Part shown: positions 28,654 to 42,940 of the stretch, in pieces
Layout of the letters: every line of letters begins with the position of its first letter
Numbering within the stretch: the first letter of the stretch is position 1
Assembly: GCF_009914755.1 (NCBI RefSeq)
Contig: NC_060928.1
Length of the DNA: 64,000 nt
DNA from: the human T2T-CHM13v2.0 reference genome, Homo sapiens
Direction: 5' to 3' (one strand)
Translations under genes and position numbers: made by a program
Notes under the pieces: model-generated
The model's input: the letters and a program-made list of their open reading frames with translations, nothing else
Told to the model about the DNA's origin: nothing
Databases searched by the model: none

Positions 28654-29462
28654 GTAGGGAGACTGGGAATACCAGAGGTGAGAAGAATGGCTCCAATTTT
28701 ATATAGATTAGGGCAGGCCTCCCCAAGAACGTGTCAGGGCAAGGGTATGCTTGATTTATTCAAGAAATAGCAAGGAGGTCATTGTGGCAGGGAAAAGGCA
28801 AAAATTATTTTGCTGTTGTAGTGGTGATGTTTGTGAAACTTCAACGTTGTTGACACCTCATACTGTATTAGTTCCATATTTAAAATGAAAGTTATAATAT
28901 CTTTGGTATAATCTTATTCATGTCCCATGTTTGTCAAAAAAATTCAGTCAAAATTCTTCTCAGAAGTTTAAAATCTACCTCAAAACTATATCTCTGGTTG
29001 GTATGTATTTTAAGTCTCTCATTTCCCACAAATATGTATTTGGCAATGAACTGTTATGTAATATGCAGATATGCCATTTAATAAGAGATGATGTCACTAT
29101 AAAGAAATAAGTAAAAGAACTTTATTTTGGAAATTAGGAAATTAGGCACAAAGGGATTTGTTACTCCAAGGAAGAGAAATTCCAAGACTTACAATTAACA
29201 TGAAAGCCCTCATTCTTTCTGAAATGTCACTGTTCCTTTGGCATTTTACTACATTTTTTGTTTCATTAACTTTCTTCCAGAAATTGAAACAATCATAATA
29301 ATTATAAAATTTGCATGGCATTTATCTGGGTTAATGCCTGAAACAAGCAAGACCAATATAAAGGTAGCACTTTTTCACAAGGGGAGGGTCAGGTAGCCGT
29401 TCCCCACAGTAAGTATCTTGCTCCTGCCTCCAGGCTTCACATGAAAATGAACCGTAATCTCA

Positions 29463-29717
<255 letters not shown>

Positions 29718-29982
29718 CTAGCCATCGGCTTCCATACACCTGTATCTACACATGCCATAGATAACTGAGTGGTCAGAAGAAACAAAAGCCACCAAGATGT
29801 CCAAGTGAGTGTGGTTCAACCAAACATTGAATCTTGGCTAAGATATTTTGGCTAAAGTCATGCAGTATTAAAAAGTGCTTCAAGTTTAACGATCAGGAAT
29901 GTAAAGCCATGAGTGATTTGGATTTGGTTTATACTATGGAAAGTTTACAGAAAGCAATTCTTACAGGTGCAGTTATATTTGA

Positions 29983-30461
<479 letters not shown>

Positions 30462-30979
30462 TAAGAAACGGTTGTGAAGGAACTTGGATCTTTTTATAGA
30501 ACTTCAGGTAGTGAAACAAAGGGTTCTTAAAAAGCTAAATTTGCAGTAATTTTAATAGGAGCACAGGAGCTAGACAGTATGAAAATGAAGAGGCTATTGA
30601 GCACCCTTACAATTTCTTTTCATAAAACAAAATGAGATACGGTCATTCAGTAGATTTATTAAAATAAGTTAACATTTTTGAGAAGACAGTGTAAATAGTT
30701 TGAATTGAGTTTACAAGCAGAAGTTTAATTTCATGTCAAAAACTTTCTTGTTCAGTTAAATAAGCCAGAAACAGAAAGGCAAACAACCACATGATCTCAC
30801 TCATGTGGAATCTAAAGAAAAAAAAAAGTTGATATCATAGAAGCAGAGAGGAGAACAGTGGAGGAGAGTGGAGGATGGGGACACTCATCTAAGGAAATGA
30901 AGGCACATTTTCTTGACATGCTTTGTACTCCCCAGATAAGCCTCAGTCTGAGAGGAGTTACACCATGTCAGCTGTTTAG

Positions 30980-31348
<369 letters not shown>

Positions 31349-33720
31349 TGAAGCCAATATTTAAATGGTGTGGACAAAGCAATTTGTTTTCAAATAGACT
31401 ATGTAAGCTAAGGGGGTCTGTAAGGACAAGAGGCTTTCTCCTTAGTTCAGGCAATGTGGGCAAGCCTGACATAGCCACACAGCCCAAGACCAGAAAGGGT
31501 CCACAGTAGTGTTGCTCCCTATTTGTCTTTTAGGCTAGAATTTTGTACAACTACCTAACAACTCCGTGCCACTTCTAAGGATATGGCTGATGTCTCCTTA
31601 AGAGCAAGAGCTATTTACAATTCAAAGTTCGATTTAAATGCCAGCGAAAAGCTGTACTGAAAATCTTATGTTTTAAAACATTTCTGAAATGTTGATCCTT
31701 TAAAAATAGTCAATTATGTGTTTCAAGTTGTCATTTTTTTCCTTTTCAAGGACGTGAATTGAAAATTTTGCTTGAAACGAACATTTTCTTGTTATAAAAT
31801 CTCAAAGCGAGATTAAAAATAGGTTTTGAATTTTTTACAGATCCAGCCATAAATTTTATAATATCTAGATAACCTTTTATATATGTATAAATTTTAATCT
31901 AGTTTTAATGCAATACACTGCACAGTAAAATGTACTCTACACATTATTATAATTTTGTTGTTTTATTATTATAATCATAAATAAAATGGCTACATTACAA
32001 AATGACAGAGTGTACATGTAGCAATAATCGATACATTTAAAAACATTTCTGTAGAACTGATTTCTCTAGTAGGGTCTCTGCTGACCTTTAACCTCTATTT
32101 TTCCCCTTGAGGGCCTTTCACACTATCTCTCTACTCACTGACATTCCAAATGACGGGTGACAAAACAAAAGGAAAAGAGACACACTCATATTAGTACATT
32201 TTGGGTCTAATAAATGGTAACTGTTTTTCGGCAATTGAGTTCTTTGAAATCAGGGATTCTGCTTTATTTTTCTTTATATTATTTCATAGTAGATAATAAA
32301 TAATTTAGAATATACTAAAACGAATTTAGTGTCTACCTCTAATGTCTGCATTAATATAAATAATAGGTTTATATTTGACTTTAGCTACTTTAAAAATAAA
32401 ATTCCAAAAAGGAAATGTGATACCAACTTTTAGAATAGATATAGCCAAATCTAACCTTTGACATTAAACAAAATTATAAAATTAATATATGGTTTTGAAT
32501 TGTTATACAAGTAAATATGTATATTTAAATATACATATGTAAATATGGATTTAAAGAAAATAAATTTAAAACAATTTACTAAGGAAATTTAAATCATATG
32601 TTGAAAATTAGTTTTGTTCATTATGATGTAATAAATTTATAAGAATCAAAACCTTCAGAAAATCTCCAGTGTTAGAAATTTCTTTATACTATACTTGCAT
32701 GAAAAATAGGTAACTTTATATCATAGTTTATTTTTAAAGTACCTTAAAAAACATATCATTCAGTAAGTTTAATTAAACACATTTTCATATATTTCTATAA
32801 TATGATGCATTAAGTTGATAACTGAAATAATTTCCTGAGATCAAACAGCCAGGATTTAAGTTGGTGGATTTTTCATTGATATTATCTAACTAGGATAATT
32901 TATTTTATTTGAACTTTGTAGGTAGAAAGTTCCCAGCCCAAGTTTACTGAAGTCTGTATTTCTCCCCTGCCCCACCGAAAAAAAAAAAAGCTAATGGGAT
33001 GAATTTAGGGGAAATTGTTTCTTTAATATTAGAAGATAATATTAGGTACTATGTAATAATTTCTTGTTTCCCTGCATTAAGACTTGTAGCAAGAACAATT
33101 AACAATTAGTTAGCACTTAATATGTACCCATAATAAACATTTTACATCAGGCATAATATGCAAATTATTCTCCCTCTCTTTAACCATTGAAGTGTAATTA
33201 TCTTATTTCTTCTCATAATTAGACTTAAGCACTTTATATTAAATAACCCTATTCAAAAAGTTAATTCATTTATCTGATGTGGGAGAGGAATGATTATGAT
33301 AGCAGCCGATTTATCCCAATGTGTTTCTCATAGCCATACTAGTTATGACAGCATTTTTGGTTATTTCACTACTGCCAGGGTGGTCCATGGGTGCAATCGC
33401 TGTAAATATTGCACATGCTGAAATCACCATGTCCTTACTGCCTAGCAACATTTCCCATAGTTTTCTGTGGAACACTAGTTTCATTCAACCCTAGTAACTA
33501 ATGAAGAAAGGTTTCAATAATCAAAAAGTTTGAATAACCCTGATTTTAACTATGTAATGCAAATTTCTTTACTGTAGGACATCTCAGATTCCTTAATACG
33601 CTAAAGAGAAAATAAAGTATACAAAGTCTCCCAACATTGTACAATGTTAGAAACTTAAGATTGTGAGCCACTGTCCTTCAGAAAACATTTTATAAAATGT
33701 CTAATTGTACAAACTTCAGT

Positions 33721-33739
33721 CTCTCTCTCTCTCTCACAC

Positions 33740-33770
<31 letters not shown>

Positions 33771-33775
33771 GAGAG
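33721..33775. repeat. Compound (CT)n(CA)n microsatellite, intron 3
   Basis: Direct reading. Confidence 0.95.
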
Positions 33776-35393
33776 ATATGTGTTTACATTTTGGCATTCT
33801 GGAAAAGACTAAAAAAATGCAGCCCATCTCCACAGTCTCCATTAGATCATTAGGTGACAGTAATAGTTGGGTTCTTTAATTTTTACCACTGACTCCAGAA
33901 CTTGCCACATGCTTGTCTGCTTTCTAAACCTCATGGGTTCTTCCTCAACTACTAAATGGAACACCATTCATCTAGGTTGACCCTCTTCAGATAGTGGAGT
34001 CTCCACCTGTCTGTTATCTAGTTCTTATTATAATCATGCTTCACAATATCATATTTATAGGAGGTCCCTAGAAGGCATCATAGTCCACTTACTTAACTAC
34101 TTCTCTGTTGGATTGCAACAGAGCCCATTAAAGGTGCACAATTAACTTCTAACAGAACTAGTTTCAAAGGAGTCTGTTTTATTTTTACACTCTGATTTTT
34201 AAATCAAAAGTATTCATTTAAAGAAATATTTTTCTCCACTAGTTGTAAAAATGTTGCACAAGAAAGTTCACTATAAAACTATAAGTAACACTTAAAAAAT
34301 ACATATTGTTTGCTTTTGTTTTCCAGATGTTTTGTGTACATTAATTCACTGAATTATTTTATAGATGAGGAAGCTAAATCACACAGAGGTGAAGAATCTT
34401 GCAAAAAACACACAGCTGGTAAGGAGTAAGCAGGAAGTTGAACCAAGAAGATCTGACTCCTGTGTTTTTAGTCCTATCCACAACACTGTATTAAGATTCC
34501 CATATCATTTTCCTCATTTCCATTTTAGAAGTCAGTGATAGGAACATTTTATTTGTATAGGCACTATTGTGTTTAATGCTTTCCGATCATATAAATTATA
34601 TTTCTGATTATATCTTTTGCTTCACCACATCTGCCAGGAAACGTGGAGTACTTACAACAGAAAACTTAATTACAGCAAGTCTGTGGGCTTTTAATTTGTT
34701 AAATTTTGGTTCTCCTTTGATTTCTCTATTTCTGGCACTCTCATCCTCATCTTCCTCAACATCTGATGATGATTATCATCCTTTTCATCATTTTTGATAT
34801 TTCTTGATTGTAAACCTAATTGACTTGTTCAAATTCTCGGTAAATTTAGGCCAAATGAATAATATAATCAGAAATGTAATAATTGCACAATAATATTTGT
34901 ACAAATAGCTATACCATAACAATACAAAGATAAATACAATAAACAATTTACTGACTGTCCAAGGGTGTTTCCTGAAATGCACTCTGAATTATCAAAGGAA
35001 TATTGTAATCAACATAATTTAAGGTCAAAATATTTTACTGTAATCAACAGAAATTTTACTTTTTTTAAAATTATGGCAATATTCACATTTTATTTTTGTC
35101 AGCAGTTTGTCAATACATTTTTGGTCAGAATATTTAAATGCCCACTTACTATAAATTAAACATAGCTTATCAATTCAAAGCCCTCATTATTCTTGGCAAG
35201 TATATTTTTTATTTATAATCAATATTTACCTATTTAAAAATACTTTATAAAGAATTCAGTTTCAATAAGACTGATATGTTCTTAGAATGCTCAGTGATTG
35301 TTTTACAATTTCATAGGAATCTTGAATACTGGGCCACACTAATCACTAGATACTTTAAATATCATCTTTGGATATAAGCACAATGGAGCTTAC

Positions 35394-35435
35394 CTGTTGC
35401 CACACCATGCACCACTCCCTCCTTGGTTTTGGAGC
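35394..35435 (-). CDS. SNCA: Alpha-synuclein exon 3 (42 bp, G41-T54; in-frame cassette skipped in SNCA126/98)
   Basis: Translates (G)SKTKEGVVHGVAT; acceptor tttgtAG, donor GTaagc. Confidence 0.99.
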
Positions 35436-35563
35436 CTACAAAAACAAATTCAAGACATAAGTCTCAAGCTAGCCTTAAATTGCTGATTAGCTAGTTTTCA
35501 ATACAACTAATTTAAAAATCTCAATCTTCAGAAGTATATATATTATTATATCTTCAGGGAAAG

Positions 35564-35570
35564 AAAAAAA
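35564..35570 (-). repeat. Intron-2 poly-T tract (7T) ~130 bp upstream of exon 3, next to (TA)n
   Basis: Seven A on + strand; position matches the recalled 5T/7T/12T polymorphism. Confidence 0.7.
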
Positions 35571-35907
35571 TATATATATATATCCTAAAACTAGAAGAAG
35601 GAACTCCTAACCACCACAATAAATAGAAGAAAGCCCAGCTAACAGGAGGTCCTCTCCAATTACGATTTTAGCACAAAATAATGACTTTATCCCCTTTGTT
35701 CCCACATCACATGTCAACTTACAGAGGAGAAAAAAGAATGAGATAACACCGGGGCCCAGTGAGAAGATAATTTTGAATTCAGAACTGTAGAAGCTTTAAA
35801 AGTACAGCACTAGAGACAGATCAGTCAACCCATGAAACAAAAGGGAAGAAGGATGGAGAGAAGGCTTTAACATGTGCTGAACACCCATTATGTAAAAAAA
35901 CATTTTA

Positions 35908-36228
35908 GGCTGGGCGCAGTGGCTCATGCCTGTAATCCCAGCAATTTGGGAGGCCGAGGTGGGCAGATCACGAGGTCAGGAGATCGAGACCATCCTGGCT
36001 AATATGGTGAAACCCCATCTCTACCAAAAATACAAAAAATTAGCCAGGCGTGGTGGCGGGTGCCTGTAGTCCCAGCTACTTGGGAGGGGCTGAGGCAGGA
36101 GAATGGCATGAACTCGGGAGGTAGAACTTGCAGTGAGCCAAGATTGTGCCACTGCACTCCAGCCTGGGTAACAGAGCAAGACTCTGTCTCAAAAAAACAA
36201 ACAGACAAACAAACAAACAAACAAAAAA
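35908..36228 (+). mobile_element. AluY-like, intron 2
   Basis: cacgaggtcaggagatcgagaccatcctggctaa and gagaatggcatgaac diagnostics; (AAAC)n tail; flanks acatttta. Confidence 0.92.
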
Positions 36229-37459
36229 CACATTTTACATATCATCTTATTTAATCTTCATAACAGCCATTTAATATAGTTATATTATGCCCATTTTAAA
36301 TAGCTGATGAAATTAAAAATCCGAGTTAAGTAATTTATGTAACATTACACATGTAATAATAGGCTATAAGCACATTCAAACTAGGGTCTCTACACAGGAT
36401 CAGAATTTCTTCCAAACCTTGACCATTACTAAACTTGAATACAAATAATTATTATGTGTATTATTAAAATTATGCTTGTAAAAAATTGTATTCATATCCT
36501 CTCTAATGTTGGATTTTTCAGTGTAATTCACACTGTATAATTTATGGAATCGGCATGATTTTTATGTTTTACAGAATTATCATACTCCTTTTTAAGTTTG
36601 GATCAGTTTACAAAATGTTATCATTTGCACTTTAATGTCATGATATACTGACAGTGTATTTAACATAAGGTGTATTTTTCAGCATCACTTCCTCTGGGAC
36701 ACCTTCACTCTTTATCACAACCTCTTTCCCCATTATACGGATACCTTCACCTCACTACGTTCCTCTGACTGCATATTTAGAGTCTCCTGAATTGCAGCAG
36801 TGACAACATCCTCAGGGTAGCTACTTCCTGTATACATCAACTTATGTTTGATTCAAATTTTACTTCCAGAATGTTTCACTTCCTTTGTTTGCTACTCTTT
36901 CATCTTTGCTGGCCAGTTTCCTCTTTTGATTGCGCATTTTTGTGAAACATCACATGGGCTCACCACTGGGAGACAATGTGGCCACACAAGTCCGGGCATT
37001 GCTGTCTGTATGAACTGCATAACAGATGTGAAGCAACCAATCTCCAAAAAGCTTTGAAAGAAGTGCTGTGGTTTTGTCACTGATTATAATGGGTTTCTGT
37101 TATTTATGTAATGATTTGAAGGCTGAAGAGTTAGCAGCAAAGTTTGTACTTTATGCAATGACTTTCGGTATACTGTGGTAACAGAAATTTGAATTGTGTT
37201 GTTAGTGGCTGGTGTTATTTAACTAACCATAGTACCTGGAATTTGTTTGTGCTGGAACTATGCAGAGTGAGAACAGCTGATATTTAAGAGAATATGTTTC
37301 AATCTCTATCTCTCATCCTCACCACCTGCACCCCATGTTGTCTTAAAAATGACTAGTAGTAAGAAATGTCTAACAGCTGGAATGCGATCTTTGTTCTTTG
37401 CCTTAGCAGTACCTAAGAATTTGACCTTTGGTTAAATTATGAAACATATTCTAAATCAA

Positions 37460-39000
37460 AGACAATGAGATAGAAGTAGAGAGTAGAATTATGATTATTA
37501 GAGGCTGACAACGGTAAGAGGGAGGGGAGGATATGGAGAGGTTGGTTAAAGAATATGAAATTGGAGCCAAATATGAGGAATGAGTTCTAGCATTCTGTAG
37601 TACTGTAGGGTGATATACTTAACAATAGTTTATTGCATATGTTCAAAAATCTAGAAGAGAGAATTTTTAATTTTTACTGTTCCCACCACAAAGGAATGAT
37701 AAATGTTTCAGGTAATGGATATGTTAATTACCCTAATTTGATTATCACACATTGTATACATGTATGGAAATATAATTCTGGATCCCACAATTATATACAA
37801 TTATTACATATTCACTAAAAATAAAAGAAAAATTAAAAATAGAGTAGCATATGACCCAGCAATCCCTCTTCTGGGTGTAGATCCACAAGAAAAGATTTCA
37901 GCATATCTGTTTCCAAGGGCCCCAACACAGTGGCTCTTGCTTGGAATCCCAGTGCTTTGGGAGGCTGAGGCAGGAAGATCACTTATAACTATATAAGGAA
38001 TTTTAAAAACACTAAAACTAATATTTATTTATTTAGCAAACCAGAATTTAAAACATTAGAAATTAAAGTGTTTTATTTCTTTGTAAAAAACTTATCAAGA
38101 GTAATGTAAATAGTGTTTGTCTTCTTCTCATTGTATAACTTCCTATACGGAGTGGACATGTTTTTTATATTTTACAGAATTGTCATACTCTATTCTAAAT
38201 TTGAATTAGGAGTTTGAGACCAGTCTGGGCAACAGAGTGAGATGCTATATCTACAAAAAATATTAAAAATTAGCCAGGCATGGTAATGTATGCCTGTAGT
38301 CCCAGCTACTTGGGAGGCCAAGGCAGGAGGATCTCTTGAGCCCAGAAGTTTGAGGTTACAGTGAGCTATGATAACACCACTCCATTGCAGCCTGGGTGAC
38401 AGCAAGACCCTGTCTCCAAAAAAGAAAAAAAGAAAAACATAATAGCCACAACTAAAGTGTCTACTGATAGATAGGTAGATAAAAAGATTGTGGTACATAG
38501 ATACAATGGAATATCAGTCAGCCCTAAAAAAACAAGATCCTACCATTTACAACATGGATGAACCCAGACAAAATTATGCTAAGTGAAATAAGCCAAACAC
38601 AGAAAGAAAAATATTACATTATCTCACATATATGTGGAAGCTTGAAACAAAATTCAAATATACAGAGACTACGTAAAAAACAGGGTTAATAGGGGTGGAA
38701 AAGTAGGTAGAAAATAGGGACATATAGGCCATAGGATCCAAGCAAGTAGCAGATGTGTAAGATGAAAAAGTGTACAGATCTAATGTATGAGGACTGTAGG
38801 TGATAAAATTGTACTATATTTGAGATTCATGATAAATAAGTGGATTTTAGCTGCCCTTGCCACAAAAACAACAAAAAAGGTAACTATGAGAGATTATGAA
38901 TATATTAATTTGCTTCAATATAGTAATTTTTTAGTGTCTAATGTATCTGATAGCATCATGTTGCATACCCTAAATATACACAATTAAATTTATTTTTAAA
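37460..39000 (+). mobile_element. L1M 3' fragments hosting an Alu
   Basis: L1 3'UTR and ORF2-end text (catatgacccagcaatccctcttctggg; tgtggtacatagatacaatggaata; atgctaagtgaaataagcca). Confidence 0.75.
37918..38438 (+). mobile_element. AluJ-like element split by a ~220-bp AT-rich insertion
   Basis: Left arm stops at aagatcactt (37984) and resumes at aggagtttgagaccag (38208). Confidence 0.85.
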
Positions 39001-39014
39001 AAAGAATGCCACTA

Positions 39015-39316
39015 GGCCGGGTGCAATGGCTCACGCCTGTAATCCCAGCATTTTGGGAGGCCGAGGTCGGGGATGATGAGATCAGGAGTTCGAGACCATC
39101 CTGGCTAACATGGTGAAACCCCATCTCTACTAAAAATACAAAAATTAGCCGGGCATGGTGGTGCATGCCTGTAATTTCAGCTACTCAGGAGGCTGAGTCA
39201 GGAGAATAACTTGAACCCAGGAGGCGGAGGTTGCAGTGAGCCGAGATCACACCACTGCACTTCAGCCTGGAGTGAAGTGACAGATTGAGACCCTATCTCA
39301 GAAAAAAAGAAAAAAA
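39015..39316 (+). mobile_element. Alu (AluSc-like)
   Basis: Full Alu; TSD AAAGAATGCCACTA at 39001-39014 and 39317-39330. Confidence 0.95.
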
Positions 39317-40581
39317 AAAGAATGCCACTAAACCACACCATTAGAACTTATAATTAATTATTTTTTATAAATATCTTATGCAACATATTTTATATTTTTG
39401 TAGTGCAACCCCAAAGAGATAGGTATATAACTTAAAAAAACGAGATAAATGAGAGTCCTCATAAGGTTACCATGTATCAAACCAATCAGTTGTTCTTTGA
39501 GGTCATAATTATTTACTAATAATCTGTAATTGATGGTTAGCCTTTAATTTATGAGTAATCTGTAATTGATAACGTACACCTACAAAATAGGTGCCAAGTG
39601 GTTATGTGACTAGCAAGGTATAAATGCTGTAGGGACACCAGAGCTGATGGCTTCCCTGAGCGGAGGTGTCCCACACACACCCTATCTTGTCTTCCCAACC
39701 TCAAAAGAGCACAGAGTGGAGAAGAAGGTCAGAAGTAATACCTGAGAGTTTTGAGAACTCAGTTATCCCTGTTGTGCATGTTATGTTGACTTTGTCAGCT
39801 TAGTGAGGTGAAGCACATTTTGACTTGAGAATTTGCTATCAATTTCACTGATGGCCACTGCTGCTTATTGAGCAGAGTGGCATTGGAAGACACTCAAAGA
39901 TCATCATTTTCTTGTATTTATTGCATTTATATTACTGAGCATTATATAAAGATAATTAAATCTTTCTGCTTTTGGATTTAGATCTAATTAATTTCTGAGT
40001 CATTTGAAGAAATTTTTGTCTATTAAATTGAAGTATGTTGATTGAAAATTGGTGTACGCAGATAACAAAAATGGAGGGAACAAAACCCATAAAAATAACA
40101 CTGATCATTAAGGTAGTTCTTCAATGAGTTAAAAAGTAGTTGTTAAAAGTATATTCTTATAAAGGAATGAGATTACTTTTCTTATGAGGCTTCTACCAAA
40201 CATCTTCAGCCATAAGTGAAATTATAAAATGGTCTTTGGTCGCCTCCAATCTTTCAAACTAGTTATGTAATGAAGGATAAAAGAATAAATGGAAAACGTG
40301 TTGGCAAAGTAATTATTCCGTTGGAGAGTTTATTTGATAATAATAACCATGGTTCCTATATATAAAAGTGTGCTCAATTATTCATATGCCCTGTCTTATT
40401 ATGACATTCTCACAAAAACTGCAAGGTAGTTGCAGTTTTCTAAATCATATTTTTTACTAATCAGGGAAGTGATGCTCAGAGATGTTAAGTACGCTTCCCC
40501 AAGACCCTAAAGGTGATAAGTGATGTAGTCTCAACTAAAACTTTGGTTTGTGTGATTAGTGCATGTTCTTTCCACTCTATC

Positions 40582-41092
40582 AGTAGTCAGCAAGCTACAA
40601 CATACAAGACAATTCCAGCCCACCACCTGTTTTGATAAATGAAGTTTTATTGGGACACAGCCACACTAGTTATTGTTTATGACTACCTTCACACTTCAAC
40701 AGCAGAATTGAGACATAGATTTTTTTTTTTTTTTTTTAGACAGGGTATCACTCTGCCACCCAGGCTGGAGTGCAGTGGCTCGATCTCAGCTCACTGCAAC
40801 CTCTGCAGTGAGCTGTATGGCTCAAGCCATCCTCCTACCTCAGCCTCCTGGGTAGCTGGCAATACACGTGCATGCTACCATACCCGGCTAATTTTTGCGT
40901 TGTTTGTAGACACAGGGTTTCACCATGTGGCCCAGGCTGGTCTCAAACCCCTGGGCTCAAGTGATCCACCAGCCTCGGGCTCTCAAAGTGCTGGGATTAA
41001 AGACCTGAGCCACGGCACCTGGCCAAGACATAGATCTCATGGCTTAAAATACGTGCTATCTGATTCCTTACCCAAAATTTTGCCAATCCCTG
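40582..41092. mobile_element. MER58A-like DNA transposon interrupted by an Alu
   Basis: gtcagcaagctac..ccacctgtttttgataaatgaagttttattgggacacagccacac and tttgccaatccctg ends. Confidence 0.7.
40721..41024 (-). mobile_element. Alu (AluJ-like)
   Basis: TSD AGACATAGAT at 40711-40720 and 41026-41035. Confidence 0.92.
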
Positions 41093-41537
41093 GACTATAC
41101 TATTGTGTCTTCACATGGTCATTTTTTATCTTAAATTCTGTGTGTAAGTTCAACTCTCAATTAGAACTCAGAATGTAACCAATAAAAAATTTATAGAATG
41201 TGCTATGTGTTAAATGCCATGAGAGACATTGAAAATGATTTCAATGAACAGTTAAAAGGTAACTAAGTCAAAGAAACTTGTGCTTGCAGAACTTGGAAAT
41301 CTGAGGACAAACGGAAAGATATTGATAAACTGCATGTCACTGATTCAGTATTCCAAATTCCATCTAAAAAGGTATAATTCACACTTCATAAAATATTTAA
41401 AATTAACTCATCAATTTTTTCCTCTTGTAACACCCTATTTCAATGACTTTCTGAAAATATGTTTTAAGGTAGAAAAAAAGTAATTTAATTGAAGATTTGC
41501 GGGAAGATTAAGTCAACATAAGAAAAGTCTAAATAAT

Positions 41538-41711
41538 GAGGCAGTGGCACATGCCTATAATCCTGGCTACTCAGGAGGCTGAGGTGGGGGCATGACTTGA
41601 GCCCAGGAATTCAAGGATGCAGTGAGCTATGATAGCATCACTGCAGTCCAGCCTGGGCGACAGAGCAAGGCCCTGACTCTAAAAACTGAAAATAAAAAAC
41701 TGAAAAAAAAA
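41538..41711 (+). mobile_element. Alu right monomer (FRAM-like)
   Basis: gtggcacatgcctataatcc...cagcctgggcgacagagcaag then A-rich tail. Confidence 0.82.
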
Positions 41712-42789
41712 TGTGTTGTGAACTTTGATGAGATGCATTCATATAAATCATCCCAAGTATAAAATTTCCCCCACTGATCTATGTTGAAGAGATAGTGTAG
41801 CTTTCTTTCACTTTGCAGACATAGACGGAGCACATGTTTCAGCTAGGCAACTCAATGTGGTCATCCTCCACCTGACTGTTCATCCTGTGACTCTTACTGC
41901 TATAGTTGCCACCAGAGAATGTGAAAAAGCTCAGAGGAGAAAGAAGAGAGGAAGAATGGGCAATGTGTCTGTGTTGAGTGTGTGTGTCTATGCCTGTGGA
42001 TGAGAATGTGTGTCTATTCTTTTCCAAGGAATTCAAAGTGGTTTGTAAAATAACACTCAATTGAATACAGTTCAAGTTACAGAAAAGAGAGTCAGAGTTT
42101 GGGTGTATACCCCAAGGTGGAACTTTAGGAACAAGTAGGTAATAAGCATCAATTTCTTTATTCTTTTAGTATGTGTGTCATTTGATGGATGAACTATACA
42201 AATGTTTCTGAGAGATTAGTAGCAGCCCTCAAGCACTTTTCTCTGTCCTCAGTGTTCACAGAGACCAAATGATCACATGAAGTAACTCTATCAAAGACTA
42301 ATCTGTTCTTTCCATTTTAGGGCCACAAATAGGTCTCTTTATACACATCACAGGGGCATATCAAAGTCATATTTTAAAAATCAGAATGGATTAAAATTGA
42401 CAAACATTTTTCATGATGGTAAAAGAAATCACAGATCCATCAATGATTTTGATTCTTAAGAATATTCTTGATTATTTTTTAAAAGACTATGAGTTTTTAA
42501 AACTGTTCTCTGAAATAGAATTATGTAGGTACAGAAACATTCATTTTTAAAAAGTCATAAATATTAGGGCAAAATTAAAAATCTGGAAAAGCAAACAGTC
42601 GCATTTTTTACTATTAGCTCAAATACACACGTTCACATTCACCTACGTACACATACCTCTGACTCAGTCCACCTTTTTGACAAGCAATGATGCAAAAATG
42701 AATCAAGAGAGAGAACTACCAGCATTTAGAGTATTGATTATCCTAACCCATCACTCATGAACAAGCACCAAACTGACATTTGGGGTTTA

Positions 42790-42940
<151 letters not shown>

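Noticed and set aside
40639-41178. 179-aa ORF and similar ORFs at 49665-50144 and 55307-55732
   Set aside because: Antisense-Alu-derived reading frames with no independent coding evidence
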